Shown here piece after piece: positions 63,375 through 64,000 of a DNA stretch of 64,000 nt. The notes under the pieces are model-generated. The model was not told the DNA's origin and did no database searches. It was given only the letters and a program-made list of their open reading frames with translations. Where the stretch lies: the sequence record MT713136.1. One strand, 5' to 3'. Position 1 is the stretch's first letter; every line of letters starts with the position of its first letter. The position numbers and the translations under genes are program-made.

Positions 63375-63660
63375 AAAAACATCATGGAGATCATGGAACT
63401 TCGGGGTGAAGTTCACGGGCGATAAGCGGAATACCGTGGAAAGCGTTAAAGTCGGTGGCCTTATGCTGGTTTACCTTGCGGTCTTCCAGGCCAAAGCTGT
63501 CTTCGCCGATAGAACGGGAACCACCGATACCGATACCGAAGTAAGCCAGTTGGAAATCTTTCCCGTTCTTCTTACCGATGGACTCATCGGCCAGAACGTT
63601 AAAGTGTTCATTCAGCGTGGTGTACTTGGGAATGTCCACAGAGCGGTTACAGTTGATTAG
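63375..63660 (-). CDS. Jumbo-phage virion structural (baseplate-like) fragment
   Basis: TTLNE.F, Y.GIG.GG, H.A.D..AF..IP...R. Confidence 0.55.
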
Positions 63661-64000
63661 ATAGTTGATCTCCACTATGTGGATCGTATCTATTAGTAGA
63701 ACCAACTCTAAAGCTAATCTCACCAATGGTATATGGTGTACCAACAGCAACGCCATCACGATATTTTTCCTTGGTATATGATACATAAGGATAAACAGAA
63801 TCGTCGTTAGTAGAGTTGTTGTGTCTCAGAATACCAGATCTATATGTGTTTACCTGTTCCCACACACCAGTCGGTATCCAAGGTTGCCAACCTTCAACTG
63901 CGTTGTGTTATCAATTTTCTGGTGACGTTTGGCGGTATCAGTTTTACTCCGTGACTGCTCTGCCGCCGTTTTTAAAGTGAATTTTGTGATGCGGTGAATG

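Overview
This window is not one contiguous genome. It is a patchwork of joined fragments. (1) Bases 1 to about 34,500, plus scattered later pieces, are mostly an AT-rich T4-like myovirus (Straboviridae; an Aeromonas-type host is inferred). Recognisable genes are 3, 1 (dNMP kinase), 57A, pseT, uvsW/uvsW.1, uvsY/uvsY.-2, uvsX, ndd, vs.1, inh, a gp36-like tail fibre, a CCA-adding enzyme and four tRNAs. Accessory genes include a SpoT-type HD hydrolase, a cyclic-phosphate receiver domain, TraR/DksA, a J-domain protein, an Arr-like ADP-ribosyltransferase fold, MazG, CYTH and YqeY. (2) From about 24.4 kb, and dominating after 33.5 kb, are 100-800 bp fragments of a phiKZ-like jumbo phage: both multisubunit RNAP sets, split PolB, DnaB, RecA-like, TerL, capsid, sheath, SbcC, helicases, and nrdB in two alleles. 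(3) There are fragments of at least one further tailed phage (TerL, PolB, tail tube, tape measure) and of folE/queD/queC (7-deazaguanine pathway). (4) There are scraps of bacterial DNA (E. coli-like yfdC, pdeF, uvrY; IS26, IS911, IS605 tnpB; P2-, P22- and lambdoid-prophage genes; an Aeromonas-like 16S-ITS and host tRNAs) and one human Alu. Genes such as dNMP kinase and inh are split into pieces tens of kb apart, joined by exact 16-73 bp overlaps, so adjacency across junctions is artefactual and many long ORFs in the supplied track are false fusions. The best candidates for real undescribed biology lie inside intact T4-like blocks: a dispersed intergenic element with GNA-triloop hairpins (4 copies), a tightly coupled HD / mini-ATPase / cREC / kinase operon, and a ~140-nt structured RNA inside the tRNA cluster. 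No CRISPR array, reverse transcriptase, chimallin or PhuZ was seen. All protein calls are motif recognition by eye, with no database search. Fragment boundaries are approximate.
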